Positions 59,294-64,000 of a stretch of 64,000 bases of DNA are shown here, piece by piece (the first letter of the stretch is position 1; each line of letters begins with the position of its first letter). The position numbers were made by a program, and so were the translations under genes. A model generated the notes under the pieces. The model was not told where the DNA came from and did no database searches. It saw only the letters and a program-made list of their open reading frames with translations. Origin of the DNA: an uncultured Methanosarcinaceae archaeon (lineage in GTDB: Archaea > Halobacteriota > Methanosarcinia > Methanosarcinales > Methanosarcinaceae); contig CAVTET010000004.1 of NCBI GenBank assembly GCA_963733675.1, forward strand, positions 480,001-544,000, written 5' to 3'.

Positions 59294-59435
59294 GAGACCC
59301 TTTAATATCTTCTGGGATCCAAAAATTTACTATTAACTAGACTTTTGATTTACCATCTGGGTTTCGGATTGATTGAACTCAATTAACACAAAAATTAATG
59401 AAAATTTTGGATCCCAGAAGATATTAAAAAGTCCC
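59294..59435. mobile_element. About 140-bp MITE-like element with long inverted ends
   Basis: Perfect 24-bp IR TTTAATATCTTCTGGGATCCAAAA (59301-59324 / 59405-59428), extending imperfectly to about 45 bp. Confidence 0.6.
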
Positions 59436-59699
59436 AGCCTGTTAATTTTGCCTTCTGGAAACCGGTTCATTCTTTGTTTGAATAGAAGTATCAAAGCTTC
59501 AATTACTGGTAACCCGGAAGTTATCTCAAATTCAAAATGACCTTTACTTTTGGGATGATAAAGTAAGTAGAATGATATCGCATTTTATTCCATTTTAGGA
59601 TTTAGGTAGCATCAAGCTCTGTTAATTGATTTCCCACAATTTATTCAAGAGTTCGGATATGATTTAGCTGTATCTTTGTTGGCTTATAGATACCATTTC

Positions 59700-60080
59700 T
59701 CAATTTTGTGAATTTTTGTTTTACCTTCAGCCCAAAAAATCTTGTTCCAGATTTTATGTAACACCAGACTTAGAAAAGCTCTCAATGAGAACATTATATT
59801 ATTCTATCGACTTCTTTTTTCTTGTTCGAACCTTTTCCACATAACATAATGTTTTATTTCCCTATGATACTCTTCAATTTTCCAGGATTTATTAGCCAAA
59901 TCTATTCTCTTGGGTTCATCCATATCCAGTACATTTGTTATAAAGTATTTTCGTTTCTTCGTTTTTAGAAACTATCCAAATTACTCTCACAAAATCCATA
60001 AGCTTTCAGATAAACCATAATTCTTTCATGATGAATTCAACTATTTCAAGACCAACTGTTTCAAGCAACATAATTTTCCA
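59700..60080 (-). mobile_element. IS701-like transposase C-terminal relic
   Basis: VYLKAYGFVRV, NKSWKIEEYHR and MFSLRAFLSL fragments. Confidence 0.65.
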
Positions 60081-60452
60081 TATTATCAGGATTTACCAAA
60101 AAATTTGATTTCAATATTGTTAAAAAATACCATTTTTTTCCCCTAATGACTTTGTGATTTTTTACGCTTGCGAACAAAGTAGCAAAGATAGCGAATTTAG
60201 GTTTGAATCCAAGTTTTTTGGCTGTATCAAGAATACCAAGGAAATGCTCATTCTTAGTTATATTCTTTGATCGACATACCAGATACGAATACAGATATAT
60301 TTATATACAATAACTGCTATGTAAGTTCATTAAAAATAAAGAGACGTATAATCATCTGTTGTTAAAAAACCAATTTTTGTTTTTAAACAAAGAGTTCTAT
60401 ACAATCTTATTTTTAAACTAGTAACAAAAAATAAACCAAAGGTGAAACAAAG

Positions 60453-60641
60453 ATGGCTTTTAATGACAGAAATAACTTCAGAGGAAATAATTTTGGAGCT
60501 CCCAGAGAGATGCACAAGACAACCTGTTCGGACTGCAAAGCTGAAACAGAGGTGCCTTTCAAACCTGACCCCGAAAGACCGGTTTACTGTAGGGATTGTC
60601 TTCCTAACCACAGGACACCCAGAGAAAACCGCAGATATTAA
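60453..60641 (+). CDS. CxxC-x17-CxxC zinc-ribbon small protein
   Basis: PREMHKTTCSDC..ETEVPFKP...RPVYCRDC; AGGTGA RBS. Confidence 0.92.
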   Translation: MAFNDRNNFRGNNFGAPREMHKTTCSDCKAETEVPFKPDPERPVYCRDCLPNHRTPRENRRY

Positions 60642-60765
60642 GGGTTATTCCAAGTAAGGATTATTCTAAGTGCTATTTTTAAAGTGAGTGACATAAACAC
60701 TCATCTATTTAACTATTTTTTAAAAGCATCGATATAGTAATATACTTTTTTCTCAACCAGTAATT

Positions 60766-61018
60766 GGTTCCGTTGCAAAAACTTCAACAAAATATGTAAA
60801 TCTATAAGTAATGAATAAAAATCAAAACATTCAAGGAAAATGTACTAACATTATAAAACTATACCAAATAATTGATTAATGTATTTGACTTCATTAAGAA
60901 CAGAGTAATTTAAATCGATTACTTGTCCTTTTTTGATCATATTTATAGCTTCAATTCCTTTTAAAGTCTTATTAGCAGATCGAAAAGACTGAAATCCCAA
61001 CATTGGATTAACGATTCG
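60766..61018 (-). mobile_element. Truncated IS6 (right-end 253 bp)
   Basis: Nearly identical to 22111-22363; cut exactly where the next IS6 begins. Confidence 0.93.
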
Positions 61019-61875
61019 GGTTCCGTTGCAAAAAATCCTTTCTAATGATACAATAGAATAAAAAGAAAACCAAAGATAGTAACATGCTATCTAATTCCTT
61101 TAAATGGAAGCATTATGAAGGGGAAATTATCTTATTGAATGTAAGATGGTACTTAAAATATGCATTAAGTTATAGAAATTTGAAGGAAATGATGGCAGAA
61201 AGGGGAGTAAAAGTCGACCATACAACAATCATGAGATGGGTACATCAATATTCCCCTGAAATAGAAAAGAAGATAAGAAGACATTTAAGACCAACAAATG
61301 ATTCGTGGAGAGTTGATGAAACCTATATCAAAGTAAAAGGTAAATGGAAATATTTTTACCGAGCAGTTGACTCAAATGGAGATACAATTGATTTCATGTT
61401 AAGTTCAAAACGAGATAGAAAGGCAGCGAAGAGATTCTTTAAGAAAGCTTTAAGTTCTAATCATAATCAAATTCCAAGATTAATAACCGTTGATAAGAAT
61501 CCAGCTTATCCACCTGCTATAGATAAACTAAAAATTGATAAAATACTACCTAAAAACGTAGGCATTCGACAAATCAAATATTTGAATAACATTATAGAAC
61601 AAGATCACAGATCTATAAAGAGAATCGTTAATCCAATGTTAGGATTTCAGTCTTTTCGATCTGCTAATAAGACTTTAAAAGGAATTGAAGCTATAAAATA
61701 TGCATCAAAAAAGGACAAGTAAATGATCTAAATTACTCTGTTCTTAATGAAGTCAAATACATTAATCAATTATTTGGTATAGTTTTATAATGTTAGTACA
61801 TTTTCCTTGAATACTTTGATTTTTATTCATTACTTATAGATTTATATATTTTTTTGAATTTTTTGCAACGGAACC
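61019..61875 (+). mobile_element. IS6-family element (857 bp) with a 3' frameshifted transposase (61084-61722)
   Basis: Both TIRs present; indels near 61695-61715 change the C-terminus to AIKYASKKDK. Confidence 0.96.
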
Positions 61876-61877
61876 TC

Positions 61878-62045
61878 AATTGATGACATCGAAAATAAGA
61901 GGAGTATTTTAAGAATAGAGAAAGCTATTTTTAAAATCAAAAAATAATGAACCAGAAGAGTCAAAAATCTGGCCAAATGCAGAAATTAGCAGGAAAGATT
62001 TGGACAGAATTCCCGCGAAGAAAAAAATTGGAGATAAATTGAATC
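61878..62045 (+). mobile_element. 3' end of an old IS5-like element
   Basis: Homologous to the reverse complement of 42320-42472 (GATGACATCGAAAA...AAAATCAAA.AATAATGAAC...CAGAAATTAGC...ATTCCCGCGAA). Confidence 0.65.
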
Positions 62046-62568
62046 CGTCTTATAATTTCCGCAGATTAAAAAATAATCCAACTTCCATGAATAATAATAA
62101 CCAAATAAGCAAACAAATTTGACATCTATTTACATCTACAGAACGTCGATTTTAGGATTCAATCTGAAAGATAATTTATCGATCCCTTGATCGTTATTTT
62201 TTAATTTTGAGTGAATTTTTGAATTCCATCTAATGACTTTTGATGAAAAGATATGGTTCATTCCAAATGTAATTTAATCTATCAAACTAAGGTACTATGT
62301 GACGATTGTTTCTACTGGGAGAACTATAAATTAAGCATGTGAAAAAAAGCATTTCAATAATCGAATATAAAGTAGGCACAGATAAAGTTGAGTTTATAGT
62401 AATCCTATCGAAAAAAAGTTCAAATAAAATTCGGAATATATAAGGACTTACTCAGTTGAAATGAAGAACCAAATGTAAATAACACTTAATTGTATAAATC
62501 CTAGTAACTATTCAGAGGCTTCATGCTCGTGATGTCCACCCTGGAGTGCATAAGTCATTATAATAATG

Positions 62569-63615
62569 TCAATGTGTCAATTTCTTCAGTTTTGAAAGCT
62601 CCTCGGGAGTTCCTACAGCCAATAGAACTGAGTTCTCTCGAATTAAATCTTCTGCCTCCGGCTCAAAGGAAAGAGTACCACTTTTCCATATGCCTACAAT
62701 TTTAGCACCTGCCAAATGCTGCTGGTTGGAAACTTCCTTAAGCCTCTTGCCTATAAGAGGACTTTTCAGATAAATAGGAAACTCAACTATATGAATCCCT
62801 TCAAAAATTTCAGTTGCTCCTGTAACTCGACTTACGAGTCTGTCCATCGCTTTTTTCCCGATAAATTGTCCGAACATTGATTTTGGAGAAACAACCGTAT
62901 CATGCCCCTGCATACTTGAGGTATTTTAAGTTTGAAATATCTTCAACAATAGCAATGATGTAAAGATTTTCAAATTCTCGGGCAGTTAAGACAACATTTG
63001 CATTTTTTTCGTCAGATTTGTTTGCAATAAGGATTACAGCTTTCTCGATACCTGCATTTATAAGTGTCTGCTTATCGCTCAGGACTCCAAAAATACAGGG
63101 AATGCTCTTATAAGAAAGTTCTCTTATTAATTCTTCTTCCTCATCAACTATTACAAACTGTAAATTCTGCTCAGACAATTCATCGATCAGGGTCTCAACC
63201 ATCTGATTGTATCCGCAGATAATTATATGATCTCTCATCTCAGAAGAGACCTTTCTTGGCAACCTAAACTTGATAGTATTGTCCATCCAAGGAGTTATTA
63301 CATAAGTGATAAGAAAACTCGAAATTAGAATGACACCTACAATCTGTATAATTATTGAAAAAGTCTTCCTCCTTGGGAAGTGAAGACTACATCACCAAAT
63401 CCTACAGTTGTAATAGTAGTTGTAGCCCAATAGATAGCAGTGATAATGTTTGCATTTTCGGGATGGTTCTCAAGAACCATAAGATACTCAAAAATCAAAA
63501 TATACAGGATAAACAAGAGCACCGCTGCGATTTTATATGCTACCTTATGCTTTTTGTGAATTATTTTCCGAAATCTGGATCTGAGATTAATTTTCTTTAT
63601 CTTCGAGGTAAACAT
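62569..63615 (-). pseudogene. Potassium channel with TrkA/RCK domains, two frameshifts
   Basis: YWATTTITTVGFGD pore motif, HIIICGY RCK-N and an RCK-C domain; frameshifts near 63357 (T-run) and 62902. Confidence 0.88.
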
Positions 63616-64000
63616 ATTTAAAATCCTTCCCTAACTCCATGGTATAAATTGAGCTGAAATACCATGTGACCATCACTGACAATATATAAGAATACGTTCC
63701 AACCATCCAGCAATTTTTCATTTTTTGATCAGAATATTGATTTCAGTACTTCATCACCTAGCTCAGATAATTTGTAATTCCCTACCATTTTTCACGATTT
63801 TTATAGAAAAGTAAAATTAAATATTATTTCTCAGATTATTCATCCCAAGTTCGAGTTGATAGAGAAATAATAAAAATTCCCAGCTGAAATTGGCCTGAAA
63901 CACATCTAATCAGCTTATTTTTGGATATAATGAGGATAGAATAATCACAAAGCTTAATCTATTGGATTATATCTACAAGCTAAATTACTCTAATATTTTT

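Overview
This is an AT-rich archaeal chromosome segment from a Methanosarcina-like methanogen. Recognisable core genes include pyrG, mch, the complete mtrEDCBAFGH operon, two-subunit fumarate hydratase, Sec61beta (missed by the ORF track), ychF, a non-catalytic-type cis-prenyltransferase subunit, gyrBA, srp19, a DEAD-box helicase, tRNA-Leu(CAA) and tRNA-Arg(GCG). There is also a surface-glycosylation cluster (DUF1616-like x2, CPBP protease, GT2s, large membrane protein). The window is heavily eroded: it holds old relics of IS5-, IS200-, IS701- and ISNCY-like elements, several pseudogenes, and a recent wave of near-identical IS6 copies plus an IS6-ended MITE. Most notable: (1) a secreted protein built almost entirely of V-x-x-P-(S/G)-x hexapeptides, preceded by an unannotated Cys/Gly-rich 27-aa ORF; (2) a casposon-type PolB relic; (3) a reverse-complemented 8-bp target duplication indicating IS6 inverted the 14.5 kb segment carrying mtr; (4) divergent MtrCDE and Mch sequences; (5) a GyrB EGDSA-to-EGNSA substitution. 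Family assignments and consensus comparisons come from recalled motifs, not database searches.
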